64,000 bases of DNA from the human T2T-CHM13v2.0 reference genome, Homo sapiens (GCF_009914755.1 NC_060933.1); one strand, 5' to 3'; shown: positions 11,900 through 27,599, counted from the stretch's first letter. The notes: generated from the letters alone by a model not told the origin. A program made the numbers and translations.

Positions 11900-14800
11900 T
11901 TCCGTTGCATTCCATTCCATTACATTCGGATTGTTTCTATTCAACTCCCTTACTCTCGATTACATTCCATTCCATTCGGGTTGTTCCATTCCATTCCATT
12001 CCATTCCACTGCATTCCATTGCACTCGGGTTGATTCAATTCCATTCCATTCCATTCCATTCCATTCCGGATGATTCCAATCCATTGCATTCCGTTCCATT
12101 ACATTCCCCTGCACTCGCGTTGATTCCATTCCATTCCATTCCATTCCATTCAATTCCATTCCATTACAATTCTTTCCATTCCATTCTATTCCGTACCATT
12201 CCATTGCATTCCATACCATTGCATTCCATTCCATTCCATTCCATTCCATTCCATTCCATTCCGTTCTGTTCCGTTCCATTCCATTCCATTCCATTCTATT
12301 CGGGTTAATTCCATTCCATTCCATTCCATTCCATTCTATTCCATTCCATTGCAATCGAGTTGAATCCATTGCATTTCATTCCATTCCATTCCATTCCATT
12401 CCATTCCGGAAGATTCCATTCCATTGCATTCCGTTCCATTCCATTCCCCTGCACTCGCGTTGATTCCATTCCATTCCATTCCATTCCGTTCCGTTCCGTT
12501 CCGTTCCGTTCCGTTCCATTCCATTCCATTCCATTCCATTCCGTTCTGTTCCATTCCATTCCATTCCATTTTATTCGGGTTAATTCCATTCCATTCCATT
12601 CGATTGCAATCGTGTTCATTCCATTCCATTCCATTCCATTCCATTCCATTCCATTCCATTCCTTTCCATTCCATTACATATGATTCCATTCCATTGCCTT
12701 CCATTCCATTCCATTCCATTCCATTCCATTCCTTTCCATTACATTACGGATGATTCCATTCCATTTCATTCCATTCCATTCCATTCCCCTGTACTCGGGT
12801 TGATTCCATTCCATTCCATTCCAATCCATGCCGTTCCACTCGTGTTGATTCCATTCTTTCCATTCCATTCAAGTTGAATCCATTCCATTGCATTCCATTC
12901 CATTCGATTCCATTCGATTGCACTCGGGTTGATTCCATTCCATTGCATTCCATTCCATTCCATTCCATTCCATTCCATTCCGTTCCATTCCATTCCATTA
13001 CATTCGGATTGATTCTATTCAATTCCCTTACACTCCATTACATTCCATTCCATTCGGGTAGTTTCCATTGCATTCCATTCCATTCCTCTCCATTCCATTG
13101 CACTCGGGTTGATTCCATTCCATTGCATTCCATTCCATTCCATTCCATTCAATTCCATTCCGTTCCATTCCATTCCATTACATTCGGATTGATTCTATTC
13201 AACTCCCTTAGTCTCCATTACATTCCATTCCATTCGGGTTGTTCCATTCCATTCCATTCCATTCCACTCCATTCCATTGCACTCGGGTTGATTCCATTCC
13301 ATTCCATTCCATTCCATTCCATTCCATTCCGGAAGATTCCATTCCTTTGCATTCCATTCCATTCCATTCCCCTGGACTCGCGTTGATTCCATTCCATTCC
13401 ATTCCATTCCATTCCTCTCCGTTCCATTCCATTCCATTCCATTCCTTTCCGTTCCGTTCCGTTCCGTTCCGTTCCATTCCATTCCATTCCATTCAATTCG
13501 GGTTAATTCCATTCCATTCCATTCGATTTCAATCGAGTTGATTCCATTCCATTCCATTCCATTCCATTCCATTCCATTCCTTTCCATTCCATTACGGATG
13601 ATTCCATTCCATTGCATTCCATTCCATTCCATTCCACTGTACTCGGGTTGATTCCATTCCATTCCATTCCAATCCATGCCATTCCACTCGTGTTCATTCC
13701 ATTCTTTCCATTCCATTCAAGTTGAATCCATTCCATTGCATTCCATTCCATTCCATTCCCCTGCAGTCGGGTTGATTCCATTCCATTCCATTCCATTCCA
13801 TTCCATTCCGTTCCGTTCCATTCCATTCCATTCCATTCCTTTCTATTCGGGTTAATTCCATTCCATTCCATTCCATTCCATTCCAATTAAGTTGATTCCT
13901 TTCCATTCCATTCCATTCCATTCCATTCCATTCCACTCCATTCCAGTCCTTTCCATTCCTTTCCACTCGGGTTGATTCCAATGTATTCCTTTCCATTCCA
14001 TTCCATTCCATTGCAATCGAGTTGATTCCATTGCTTTGCATTCCATTCCATTCCATTCCATTCCGGATGATTCCTTTCCATTGCATTCCATTCCATTCCA
14101 TTCCCCTGCACTCGGGTTGATTCCATTCCATTCCACTCCATTGCGTTCCATTCCATTCCATTGCATTGTATTCGGGTTAATTCCATTCCATTCCATTCCA
14201 TTCCATTCCATTCCATTCCATTCCAGTCGAGTTGATTCCATTCCATTCCATTCCATTCCAGTCCTTTCCATCCCATTCCACTCGGGTTGATTCCATTCTA
14301 TTAGTTTCCATTCCATTCCATTCCCTTCCATTCCACTCTGGTTGATTCCATTCCTTTCCATTCCACTCGAATATATTCCCTCCTATTCCACTCGGAACGA
14401 TTCCATTCCATTCCATTCCATTCCATTCCATTCCATTCCATTCCATTCCATTTCCTTCCATTCCATTCTATTCCGTGTCATTCCATTCCATTCCATTGCA
14501 TTCCATTCCATTCCATTCCATTCTATTCCGTTGCATTCCATTCCATTACATTCGGATTGATTCTGTTCAACTCCCTTACTCTCCATTACATTCCATTCCA
14601 TTCGGGTTGTTCCATTCCATTCCCTTCCATTCCACTCCATTCCATTGCACTCGGGTTGATTCCTTTCCATTCCATTCCATTCCGTTCCATTCCATTCCGG
14701 ATGATTCCATTCCATTGCATTCCGTTCCATTACATTCCCCTGCACTCGCGTTGATTCCATTCCATTCCATTCCATTCCATTCCATTCAATTCCATTACAA

Positions 14801-17800
14801 TTCGTTCCATTCCATTCTGTTCCGTACCATTCCATTCTATTCCATACCATTCCATTCCATTCCATTCCATTCCATTCCATTCCATTCCATTCCATTCCTT
14901 TCCATTCCGTTCCATTCCATTCCATTCCATTCCATTCTATTCGGATTAATTCCATTCCATTCCATTCCATTCCATTCTATTCCATTCCATTGCAATCGAG
15001 TTGAATCCATTGCATTTCATTCCATTCCATTCCATTCCATTCCATTCCGGAAGATTCCATTCCATTGCATTCCATTCCATTCCATTCCCCTGCACTCGCG
15101 TTGATTCCATTCCATTCCATTCCATTCCATTCCGTTCCGTTCTATTCCATTCCATTCCATTCCATTCCATTCCGTTCCATTCCATTCCATTCCATTCCAT
15201 TCTATTCGGGTTAATTCCATTCCATTCCATTCGATTGCAATCGAGTTGATTCCATTCCATTCCATTCCATTCCATTCCATTCCATTCCTTTCCATTCCAT
15301 TACGGATGATTCCATTCCATTGCATTCCATTCCATTCCATTCCCCTGTACTCGGGTTGATTCCATTCCATTCCATTCCAATCCATGCCATTCCACTCGTG
15401 TTGATTCCATTCTTTCCATTCCATTCAAGTTGAATCCATTCCATTGCATTCCATTCTATTCGATTCCATTCGATTGCACTCGGGTTGACTCCATTCCATT
15501 GCGTTCCATTCCATTCCATTCCATTCCATTCCATTCCGTTCCATTCCATTCCATTACATTCGGATTGATTCTATTCAATTCCCTTACACTCCATTACATT
15601 CCATTCCATTCGGGTAGTTTACATTCCATTCCATTCCATTCCTCTCCATTCCATTGCACTCGGGTTGATTCCATTCCATTGCATTCCATTCCATTCCATT
15701 CAATTCCATTCCGTTCCATTCCATTCCATTCCATTCGGATTGATTCTATTCAACTCCCTTACTCTCCATTACATTCCATTCCATTCGAGTTGTTCCATTC
15801 CATTCCATTCCATTCCATTCCACTCCATTCGATTGCACTCGGGTTGATTCCATTCCATTGCATTCCATTCCATTCCATTCCATTCAGGAAGATTCCATTC
15901 CATTGCATTCCATTCCATTCCATTCCCCTGCACTCGCGTTGATTCCATTCCATTCCATTCTATTCCATTCCATTCCCTTCCTTTCCGTTCCATTCCATCC
16001 CATTCCATTCCATTCCGTTCCGTTCCATTCCATTCCATTCCATTCTATTCGGGTTAATTCCATTCCATTCCATTCGATTGCAATCGAGTTGATTCCATTC
16101 CATTCCATTCCATTCCATTCCATTCCATTCCATTCCTTTCCATTCCATTACGGATGATTCCATTCCATTGCATTCCATTCCATTCCATTCCCCTGTACTC
16201 GGTTTGATTCCATTCCATTCCATTCCAATCCATGCCATTCCACTCGTGTTGATTCCATTCTTTCAATTCCATTCAAGTTGAATCCATTCCATTGCATTCC
16301 ATTCCATTCCATTCCCCTGCAGTCGGGTTGATTCCATTCCATTCCATTCCATTCCATTCCATTCCATTCCATTCCGTTCCATTCCATTCCATTCCATTCT
16401 ATTCGGGTTAATTCCATTCCATTCCATTCCATTCCATTCCATTCCATTCCAATCGAGTTGATTCCATTCCGTTCCATTCCATTCCATTCCACTCCATTCC
16501 AGTCCTTTCCATTCCATTCCACTCGGGTTGATTCCAATGTATTCCTTTCCATTCCATTCCATTCCATTGCAATCGAGTTGATTCCATTGCTTTGCATTCC
16601 ATTCCATTCCATTCAATTCCGGATGATTCCATTCCATTGCATTCCATTCCATTCCATTCCCCTGCACTCGGGTTGATTCCATTCCATTCCACTCCATTCC
16701 GTTCCATTCCATTCCATTCCATTGTATTCGGGTTAATTCCATTCCATTCCATTCCATTCCATTCCATTCCATTCCATTCCACTACAATCGAGTTGATTCC
16801 TTTCCATTCCATTCCATTCCAGTCCTTTCCATTCCATTCCACTCGGGTTGATTCCATTCTATTAGTTTCCATTCCATTCCATTCCCTTCCATTCCTCTCT
16901 GGTTGATTCCATTCCTTTCCATTCCACTCGAATACATTCCCTCGTATTCCACTCGGAACGATTCCATTCCATTCCATTCCATTCCATTCCATTCCAATCC
17001 ATTCCATTCCATTTCGTTCCATTCCATTCTATTCCGTATCATTCCATTCCATTCCATTCCATTCCATTCCATTCCATTGTACTCGGGTTGATTCCATTCC
17101 ATTGCATTCCATTCCATTCCATTCCATTCCATTCCATTCCGTTGCATTCCATTCCATTACATTCGGATTGATTCTATTCAACTCCCTTACTCTCCATTAC
17201 ATTCCATTCCATTCGGGTTGTTCCATTCCATTCCATTCCATTCCACTCCATTCCATTGCACTCGGGTTGACTCCATTCCATTCCATTCCGGATGATTCCA
17301 TTCCATTGCATTCCGTTCCATTACATTCCCCTGCACTCGCGTTGATTCCATTACATTCCATTCCATTCAATTCCATTCCATTACAATTCGTTCCATTCCA
17401 TTCTATTCTGTACCATTCCATTCCATTCCATACCATTCCATTCCATTCCATTCCATTCCATTCCGTTCCATTCCGTTCCATTCCATTCCATTCCACTCTA
17501 TTCGGATTAATTCCATTCCATTCCATTCCATTCCATTCTATTCCATTCCATTGCAATCGAGTTGAATCCATTGCATTTCATTCCATTCCATTCCATTCCA
17601 TTCCATTACGGAAGATTCCATTCCATTGCATTCCATTCCATTCCATTCCCCTGCACTCGCGTTGATTACATTCCATTCCATTCCACTCCATTCCGTTCCG
17701 TTCCATTCCATTCCATTCCATTCCATTCCTTTCCGTTCCGTTCCGTTCCATTCCATTCCATTCTATTCGGGTTAATTCCTTTCCATTCCATTCGATTGCA

Positions 17801-17850
17801 ATCGAGTTGATTCCATTCCATTCCATTCCATTCCTTTCCATTCCATTCCG
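11900..17850 (+). repeat. Diverged tandem ~2.55-2.65-kb subunits (about 2.3 copies)
   Basis: The TTCAAGTTGAATCC landmark lies at ~12870, 13718, 15426 and 16274 (pairs 848 bp apart, period 2,556). Related ORFs are 12874/15430, 14342/16903 and 15001/17562. Confidence 0.75.
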
Positions 17851-20800
17851 GAAGATTCCATTCCATTGCATTCCATTCCATTCCATTCCCCTTCACTCGC
17901 GTTGATTCCATTCCATTCCATTCCATTCCATTCCATTGCATTCCGTTCCATTCCATTCCATTCCTTTTCGTTCCATTCCATTCCATTCCGTTCCGTTCCA
18001 TTCCTTTCCATTCCATTCTATTCGGGTTAATTCAATTCCATTCCATTCCATTGCAATCGAGTTGATTCCATTCCATTCCATTCCATTCCATTCCATTCCA
18101 TTCCATTCCTTTCCTTTCCATTCCATTACGGATGATTCCATTCCATTGCATTCCATTCCATTCCATTTTCCTGTACTCGGGTTGATTCCAATCCATTGCA
18201 TTCCAATCCATGCCATTCCACTCTTGTTGATTCCATTCTTTCCATTCCATTCAAGTTGAATCCATTCCTTTGCATTCCATTCAATTCCATTCCATTCCCC
18301 TGCAGTCGGGTTGATTCCATTCCATTCCATTCCATTCCATTCCATTCCGTTCCATTCCATTCCATTCCATTCTATTCGGGTTAATTCCATTCCATTGCAT
18401 TCCATTCCATTCCAATCGAGTTGATTCCATTCCATTCCATTCCATTCCATTCCACTCCATTCCACTCCTTTCCACTCGGGTTGATTCCATTCCTTTTCGT
18501 TCCATTCCATTCCATTCCATTCCATTCCGTTCCGTTCCATTCCATTCCATTCCATTCTATTCGGGTTAATTCAATTCCATTCCATTCCATTGCAATCCAG
18601 TTGATTCCAATCCGGATCATTCCATTCCATTGCATTCCATTCCATTCCATTCCCCTGCACTCGGATTGATTCCATTGCATTCCATTCCATTACATTCCGT
18701 TCCATTCCGTTCCATTCCATTCTATTCGAGTTAATTCCATTCCATTCCATTCCACTCCATTCCAGTCCTTTCCATTCCATTCCATTCGGGTTGATTCCAT
18801 TCTATTCCTTTCCATTCCATTCCATTCCATTGTAATTGAGTTGATTCCATTCGAGTTGAATCCATTCCATTCCATTCCAATCGATTCCATTGCACACGGG
18901 TTCATTCCATTCAATTCCATTCCATTCCATTCCATTCCATTCCATTCCATTTCATTCCATTGCATTCTAATCCGTACCATTCCATTCTTTCCCATTCCAT
19001 TCCGTTCCATTCCAAGCCATTACACTCGGGTTGATTCCATTCCTTTCCATTCCATTCTTGTTGAATCCATTCCATTCCATTCCATTCCATTCGAATCCAT
19101 TCCATTGCACTCGGGTTGATTCCATTCCATTCCATTCCATTCTATTTCATCCCATTCCATTCCATTACATTCGGATTGATTCTATTCAATTACCTTACAC
19201 TCCATTACATTCCATTCCATTCGGGATTTTTCCATTCCATTCCTTTCCATTCCACTCCATTCCATTGCATCAGGTTGATTGCATTCCATTCCATTCCATT
19301 CCATTCCGGATGATTCCATTCCATTTCATTCCATTCTATTCCATTCCCCTGCACTCGGGTTGATTACATTCCATTCCATTCCCTTCCTTTCCTTTCCATT
19401 CCATTCCATTCCTTTCTATTCGGGTTAATTCCATTCCATTCCATTCGATTGCATTCCTTTCCATTCCATTCCATTGCAATCGAGTTGATTGCATTCCATT
19501 CCATTCCATTCCGTTCCGGATGATTCCCTTCCATTGCATTCCATTCCATTCCATTCCCCTGCAGTCGGGTTGATTCCATTCCATTCCATTCCATTCCATT
19601 CCATTCCATTCCGTTCCATTCCATTCCATTCCATTCTATTCGGGTTAATTCCATTCCATTCCATTCCACTCCATTCCATTACATCAGGTTGATTGCATTC
19701 CATTCCATTCCATTCCATTCCGGATGATTCCATTCCATTGCATTCCTTTCCATTCCATTCCCCTGCACTCGGGTTGATTCCATTCCATTCCATTCCATTC
19801 CATTCCATTCCATTCCATTCCATTCCGTTCCATTCCATTCCATTCCATTCTATTCCGGTTAATTCCATTCCATTCCATTCGATTCCATTCCATTCCATTC
19901 CATTCCATTGCAATCGAGTTGATTCCATTCCATTCAATTCCATTCTATTCGGGTTAATTCCATTCCATTCCATTCCATTCCATTCCATTCCAATCGAGTT
20001 GATTCCATTCCATTCCATTCCATTCCATTCCACTCCATTCCAGTCCTTTCCATTCCATTACACTCGGGTTGATTCCATTCTATTCCTTTCCATTCCATTC
20101 CATTCCATTGCAATCGAGTTGATTCCATTGCTTTGCATTCCATTCCATTCCATTCCATTCCGGATGATTCCATTCCATTGCATTCCATTCCAATCCATTC
20201 CCCTGCACTCGGGTTGATTCCATTCCATTCCACTCCATTCCGTTCCATTCCATTCCATTCCCTTGTATTCGGGTTAATTCCATTCCATTCCATTCCATTC
20301 CATTCCATTCCATTCCATTCCATTACAATCGAGTTGATTCCATTCCATTCCATTGCATTCCATTCCATTCCAGTCCTTTCCATTTCATTCCACTCGGGTT
20401 GATTCCATTCTATTAGTTTCCATTCCATTCCATTCCCTTCCATTCCACTCTGGTTGATTCCATTCCTTTCCATTCCACTCGAATACATTCCCTCCTATTC
20501 CACTCCATTCCATTCCTCTGCAGTCGGGTTGATTCCATTCCATTCCATTCCATTCCATTCCATTCCATTCTATTCGGGTTAATTCCATTCCATTCCATTC
20601 CATTCCATTCCAGTTCGTTCCATTCCATTCTATTCGGTACCATTCCATTCCATTCCATTCCTTTCCATTCCATTCCATTCCACTCGTGTTGATTCCATTC
20701 CTTTCCATTCCATTCGGTTTGAAGGCGTTCCATTCCATTCAATTCCATTCCATTCTATTCCATTCCATTCCATTCCATTCCATTCCATTCCATTCCATTG

Positions 20801-23800
20801 CATTCCATTTTACTCGAGTTGATTCCATTCCATTGCATTCCATTCCATTCCATTCCATTCCATTCCATTCCATTCCGTTGCATTCCATTCCATTACAATC
20901 GGATTGATTCTATTCAACTCCCTTACTCTGCATTACATTCCATTCCCTTCGGGTTGTTCCATTCCATTCCATTCCATTCCACTCCATTCCATTGCACTCG
21001 GGTTGATTCCATTCCATTCCATTCCATTCCATTCCATTCCATTCCGGATGATTCCATTCCATTGCATTCCGTTCCATTACATTCCCCTGCACTCGCGTTG
21101 ATTCCATTCCATTCCATTCCATTCCATTCAATTCCATTCCATTGCAATTCGTTCCATTCCATTCTATTCCTTACCATTCCATTCCATTCCATACCATTCC
21201 ATTCCATTCCATTCCATTCCATTCCATTCCATTCCATTGCATTCCGTTCCATTCCATTCCATTCCATTCTATTCGGATTAATTCCATTGCATTCCATTCC
21301 ATTCCATTCTATTCCATTCCATTGCAATCGAGTTGAATCCATTGCATTTCATTCCATTCCATTCCATTCCATTCCGGAAGATTCCATTCCATTGCATTCC
21401 ATTCCATTCCATTCCCCTGCACTCGCGTTGATTCCATTCCATTCCATTCCATTCCATTCCATTCCATTCCATTCCGTTCCGTTCCGTACCATTCCATTCC
21501 ATTCCATTCCGTTCCGTTCCGTTCCATTCCATTCCATTCCATTCTATTCGGGTTAATTCCATTCCATTCCATTCGATTGCAATCGAGTTGATTCCATTCC
21601 ATTCCATTCCATTCCATTCCATTCCATTCCTTCTCATTCCATTACGGATGATTCCATTCCATTGCATTCCATTCCATTCCATTCCTCTGTACTCGGGTTG
21701 ATTCCATTCCATTCCATTCCAATCCATGCCATTCCACTCGTGTTGATTCCATTCTTTCCATTCCATTCAAGTTGAATCCATTCCATTGCATTCCATTCCA
21801 TTCGATTCCATTCGATTGCACTCGGGTTGATTCCATTCCATTGCATTCCATTCCATTCCATTCCATTCCATTCCGTTCCATTCCATTCCATTCCATTCGG
21901 ATTGATTCTATTCAATTCCCTTACACTCCATTATATTCCAATCCATTCTGGTTGTTTCCATTCCATTCCATTCCATTTCACTCCGTTCCATTGCACTCGG
22001 GTTGATTCCATTCCATTCCATTCCATTGCATTCCATTCCATTCCATTCCGGATGATTCCATTCCATTGCATTCCATTCCATTCCATTCCGGATGATTCCA
22101 TTCCATTGCATTCCATTCCATTCCATTCCCCTGAACTCGCGTTGATTCCATTCCATTCCATTCCATTCCATTCCATTCCGGAAGATTCCATTCCATTGCA
22201 TTCCATTCCATTCCATTCCCCTGCACTCGCGTTCATTCCAATCCATTCCATTCCATTCCATTCCGTTCCGTTCCATTCCATTCCATTCCATTCCATTCCA
22301 TTCCATTCCATTCCGTTCCGTTCCGTTCCATTCCATTCCATTCCATTCTATTCGGGTTAATTCCATTCCATTCCATTCGATTGCAATCGAGTTGATTCCA
22401 TTCCATTCCATTCCATTCCATTCCATTCCATTCCATTCCATTCCTTTCCATTCCATTACGGATGATTCCATTCCATTGCATTCCATTCCATTCCATTCCC
22501 CTGTACTCGGGTTGATTCCATTCCATTCCATTCCAATCCATGCCATTCCACTCGTGTTGATTCCATTCTTTCCATTCCATTCAAGTTGAATCCATTCCAT
22601 TGCATTCCATTCCATTCGATTCCATTCGATTGCACTCGGGTTGATTCCATTCCATTGCACTCCATTCCATTCCATTTCATTCCATTCCATTCCTTTCCAT
22701 TCCATTCCATTCCATTCCATTCCATTCCATTGCAATCGAGTTGATTACTTTCCATTCCTTTCCATTCCATTCCATTGCCTTGCATTGCACTCGGGTTGAT
22801 TCCATTCCATTGCACTCCATTCCATTCCATTCCATTCCATTCCACTCCATTCCAGTCCTTTCCATTCCATTCCACTCGGGCTGATTCCAATGTATTCCTT
22901 TCCATTCCATTCCATTCCATTGCAATCGAGTTGATTCCATTGCTTTGCATTCCATTCCATTCCATTCCATTCCGGATGATTCCATTCCATTGCATTCCAT
23001 TCCATTCCATTCCCCTGCACTCGGGTTGATTCCATTCCATTCCACTCCATTCCGTTCCATTCCATTCCATTCCATTGTATTCGGGTTAATTCCATTCCAT
23101 TCCATTCCATTCCATTAAAATCGAGTTGATTCCATTCCGTTCCATTCCATTCCATTCCATTCCATACCAGTCCTTTCCATTCCCTTCCACTCGGGTTGAT
23201 TCCATTCTATTAGTTTCCATTCCATTCCATTCCCTTCCATTCCACTCTGGTTGATTCCATTCCTTTCCATTCCACTCGAATACATTCCCTCCTATTCCAC
23301 TAGGAACGATTCCATTCCATTCCATTCCATTCCATTCCATTCCATTCCATTCCATTCCATTTCGTTCCATTCCATTACACTCGGGTTGATTCCATTCCAT
23401 TCCATTCCATTCCATTCCTTTCCATTCCATTCCATTACATTCGGATTGATTCCATTCAATTCCCTTACACTCCATTATATTCCATTCCATTCGGGTTGTT
23501 TACATTCCATTCCATTCCATTCCACTCCATTCCAATGAACTCGGGTTGATTCCATTCCATTCCATTCCATTCCATTCCATTCCATTCCATTCCTTTCCGG
23601 ATGATTCCGTTCTATTACATTCCCCTGCACTCGGGTTGATTCCATTCCATTCCATTCGATTCCATTCCATTCCAATTCGTTCCATTCCATTCTATTCCGT
23701 ACCATTCCATTCCATTCCATACCGTTCCGTTCCGTTCCGTTCCGTTCCGTTCCATTCCATTCCATTCCATTCTATTCGGGTTAATTCCATTCCATTCCAT

Positions 23801-24640
23801 TCCATTCCATTCCATTCCATTCCATTCTATTCCATTCCATTGCAATCGAGTTGAATCCATTGCATTGCATTCCATTCCATTCCATTCCATTCCATTCCAT
23901 TCCATTCCATTCCGGAAGATTCCATTCCATTGCATTCCATTCCATTCCATTCCCCTGCACTCGCGTTGATTCCATTCCATTCCATTCCATTCCATTCCGT
24001 TCCGTTCTGTTCGATTCCATTCCATTCCATTCCATTCCGTTCCGTTCCATTCCATTCCATTCCATTCTATTCGGGTTAATTCCATTCCATTCCATTCGAT
24101 TGCAATCGAGTTGATTCCATTCCATTCCATTCCATTCCATTCCATTCCATTCCATTCCATTCCTTTCCATTCCATTACGGATAATTCCATACCATTGCAT
24201 TCCATTCCATTTCAATCCCCTGTACTCGGGTTGATTCCATTCCATTCCATTCCATTCCCCTGCAGTCGGGTTGATTCCATTCCATTCCATTCCATTCCAT
24301 TCGATTCCATTCCATTCCAATTCTTTCCATTCCATTCCGTTCCGTTCCGTTCCGTTCCGTTGCATTCCATTCCATTCCATTCTATTCGGGTTAATTCCAT
24401 TCCATTCCATTCCATTCCATTCCATTCTATTCCATTCCATTGCAATCGAGTTGAATCCATTGCATTTCATTCCATTCCATTCCTTTCCATTCCGGAATAT
24501 TCCATTCCATTGCATTCCATTCCATTCCATTCCCCTGCACTCGCGTTGATTCCATTCCATTCCATTCCATTCCGTTCCGTTCCGTTCCATTCCATTCCAT
24601 TCCATTCCGTTCCGTTCCATTCCATTCCATTGTATTCGGG
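16900..24640 (+). repeat. ~7.7-kb duplicated block X, copy 1
   Basis: Matches 31,140-38,870 at offset ~14,228-14,243 (ORFs 16903/31146, 18841/33079, 21772/36005, 24111/38339). Its 3' part also matches 1-2,870 at offset ~21,757-21,762. Confidence 0.9.
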
Positions 24641-25169
24641 TTAATTCCATTCCATTCCATTCGATTGCAATCGAGTTGATTCCATTCCATTCCATTCCAT
24701 TCCATTCCATTCCATTCCATTCCTTTCCATTCCATTACGGATGATTCCATTCCATTGCATTACATTCCATTCCATTCCCCTGTACTCGGGTTGATTCCAT
24801 TCCATTCAATTCCATTCCATTCTATTCCATTCCATTCCATTCCATTCCGGAAGATTCCATTCCATTGCATTCCATTCCATTCCATTCCCCTGCACTCGCG
24901 TTGATTCCATTCCATTCCATTCCATTCCAATCCATTCCATTCCATTCCATTCCGATCCATTCCATTCCATTCCATTCCGTTCCGTTCCGTTCCGTTCCGT
25001 TCCATTCCATTCCATTCCATTCCATACTATTCGGGTTAATTCCATTCCATTCCATTCGATTGCAATCGAGTTGATTCCATTAAATTCCATTCTATTCCAT
25101 TCCATTCCATTCCATTCCATTCCATTCCTTTCCTTTCCATTATATTACGGATGATTCCATTCCATTGCA

Positions 25170-25530
25170 TTCCATTCCATTCCATTCCCCTGTACTCGGG
25201 TTGATTCCATTCCATTCCATTCCAATCCATGCCATTCCACTCGTGTTGATTCCATTCTTTCCATTCCATTCAAGTTGAATCCATTCCATTGCATTCCATT
25301 CCATTCGATTCCATTTGATTGCACTCGGGTTGATTCCATGGCATTGCATTCCATTCCATTCCATTGCATTCCATTCCATTGCATTCCCCTGTACTCGGGT
25401 TGATTCCATTCCATTCCATTCCAATCCATGCCATTCCACTCATGTTGATTCCATTCTTTCCATTCCATTCAAGTTGAATCCATTCCATTGCATTCCATTC
25501 CATTCGATTCCATTCGATTGCACGCGGGTT
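25170..25530 (+). repeat. ~199-bp tandem duplication
   Basis: CCAATCCATGCC...TTCTTTCC...TTCAAGTTGAATCC starts at 25222 and again at 25421. Confidence 0.75.
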
Positions 25531-27599
25531 GATTCCTTTCCATTCTATTCCATTACATTCCATTCCATTCCCTTCCATTCCATTCTATTCGGGTTAATTC
25601 CATTCCATTCCATTCCACTCCATTCCAGTCCTTTCCATTCCATTCCACTCGGGTTGATTCTATTCTATTCCTTTCCATTCCATTCCATTCCATTGCAATG
25701 GAGTTGATTCCATTCGAGTTGAATCCATTCCATTCCATTCCATTCCATTCCATTCCATTGCACACGGTTTCATTCCATTCCATTCCATTCCATTCCATTT
25801 CATTCCATTCCATTCTATTCCGTACCATTCCATTCCATCCCATTCCATTCCGTTCCATTCCATGCCATTACACTCGGGTTGATTCCATTCCTTTCCATTG
25901 GATTCTTGTTGAATCCATTCCATTCCATTCCATTCCATTCGAATCCATTCCATTGCACTCGGGTTAATTCCATTCCATTCCATTCCATTTCATTTCATTC
26001 CATTCCATTCCATTACATTCGGATTGATTCTATTCCATTCCCTTACACTCCATTACATTCCATTCCATCTGGATGTTTCCATTGCATTCCATTCCACTCC
26101 ACTCCATTCCATTGCATCAGGTTGATTGCATTCCATTCCATTCCATTCCATTCCGGATGATTCCATTCCATTGCATTCCATTCCATTCCATTCCCCTGCA
26201 CTCGGGTTGATTCCATTCCATTCCATTCCATTCCATTCCATTCCATTCCATTCCGTTCCGTTCCATTCCATTCCATTCCATTCTATTCGGGTTAATTCCA
26301 TTCCATTCCTTTCGATTCCATTCCATTCCATTCCATTCCATTGCAATCGAGTTGATTCCATTCCATTCCATTCCATTCCGTTCCGGATGATTCCATTCCA
26401 TTGCATTCCATTCCATTCCATTCCTCTGTAGTCGGGTTGATTCCATTCCATTCCATTCCATTCCATTCCATTCCATTCCATTCCGTTCCATTCCATTCCA
26501 TTCCATTCTATTCGGGTTAATTCCATTCCATTCCATTCCATTCCATTCCATTCCAATCGAGTTGATTCCATTCCATTCCATTCCATTCCATTCCACTCCA
26601 TTCCAGTCCTTTCCATTCCATTCCACTCGGGTTGATTCCAATGTATTCCTTTCCATTCCATTCCATTCCATTGCAATCGAGTTGATTCCATTGCTTTGCA
26701 TTCCATTCCATTCCATTCCATTCCGGATGATTCCATTTCATTACATTCCATTCCATTCCATTCCCCTGCACTCGGGTTGATTCCATTCCATTCCACTCCA
26801 TTCCGTTCCATTCCATTCCATTCCATTGTATTCGGGTTAGTTCCATTCCATTCCATTCCATTCCATTACAATCGAGTTGATTCCATTCCATTCCATTCCA
26901 TTCCAGTCCTTTCCATTCCATTCCACTCGGGTTGATTCCATTCTATTAGTTTCCATTCCATTCCATTCCCTTCCATTCCACTCTGGTTGATTCCATTCCT
27001 TTCCATTCCACTCGAATACATTCCTTCCTTTTCCGCTCGGAAGGATTCCATTCCATTCCATTCCATTCCATTCCATTACATTACATTTCGTTCCATTCCT
27101 TTCTATTCCGTATCATTCCATTCCATTCCATTCCATTCCATTCCATTCCATTGTACTCGGGTTGATTCCATTCCATTGCATTCCATTCCATTCCATTCCA
27201 TTCCATTCCGTTGCATTCCATTCCATTACATTCGGATTGATTCTATTCAACTCTGTTACTCTCCATTACATTCCATTCCATTCGGGTTGTTCCATTCCAT
27301 TCCATTCCATTCCACTCCATTCCATTGCACTCGGGTAGATTCCATTCCATTCCATTCCATTCCATTCCATTCCATTCCATTCCGGATGATTCCATTCCAT
27401 TGCATTCCGTTCCATTACATTCCCCTGCGCTCGCGATGATTCCATTCCATTCCATTCCATTCCATTCCATTCCATTCCGTTCCGTTCCATTCCATTCCAT
27501 TCCATTCCATTCCGTTCCGTTCCATTCCATTCCATTCTATTCGGGTTAATTCCATTCCATTCCATTCGATTGCAATCGAGTTGATTCCATTCCATTCCA

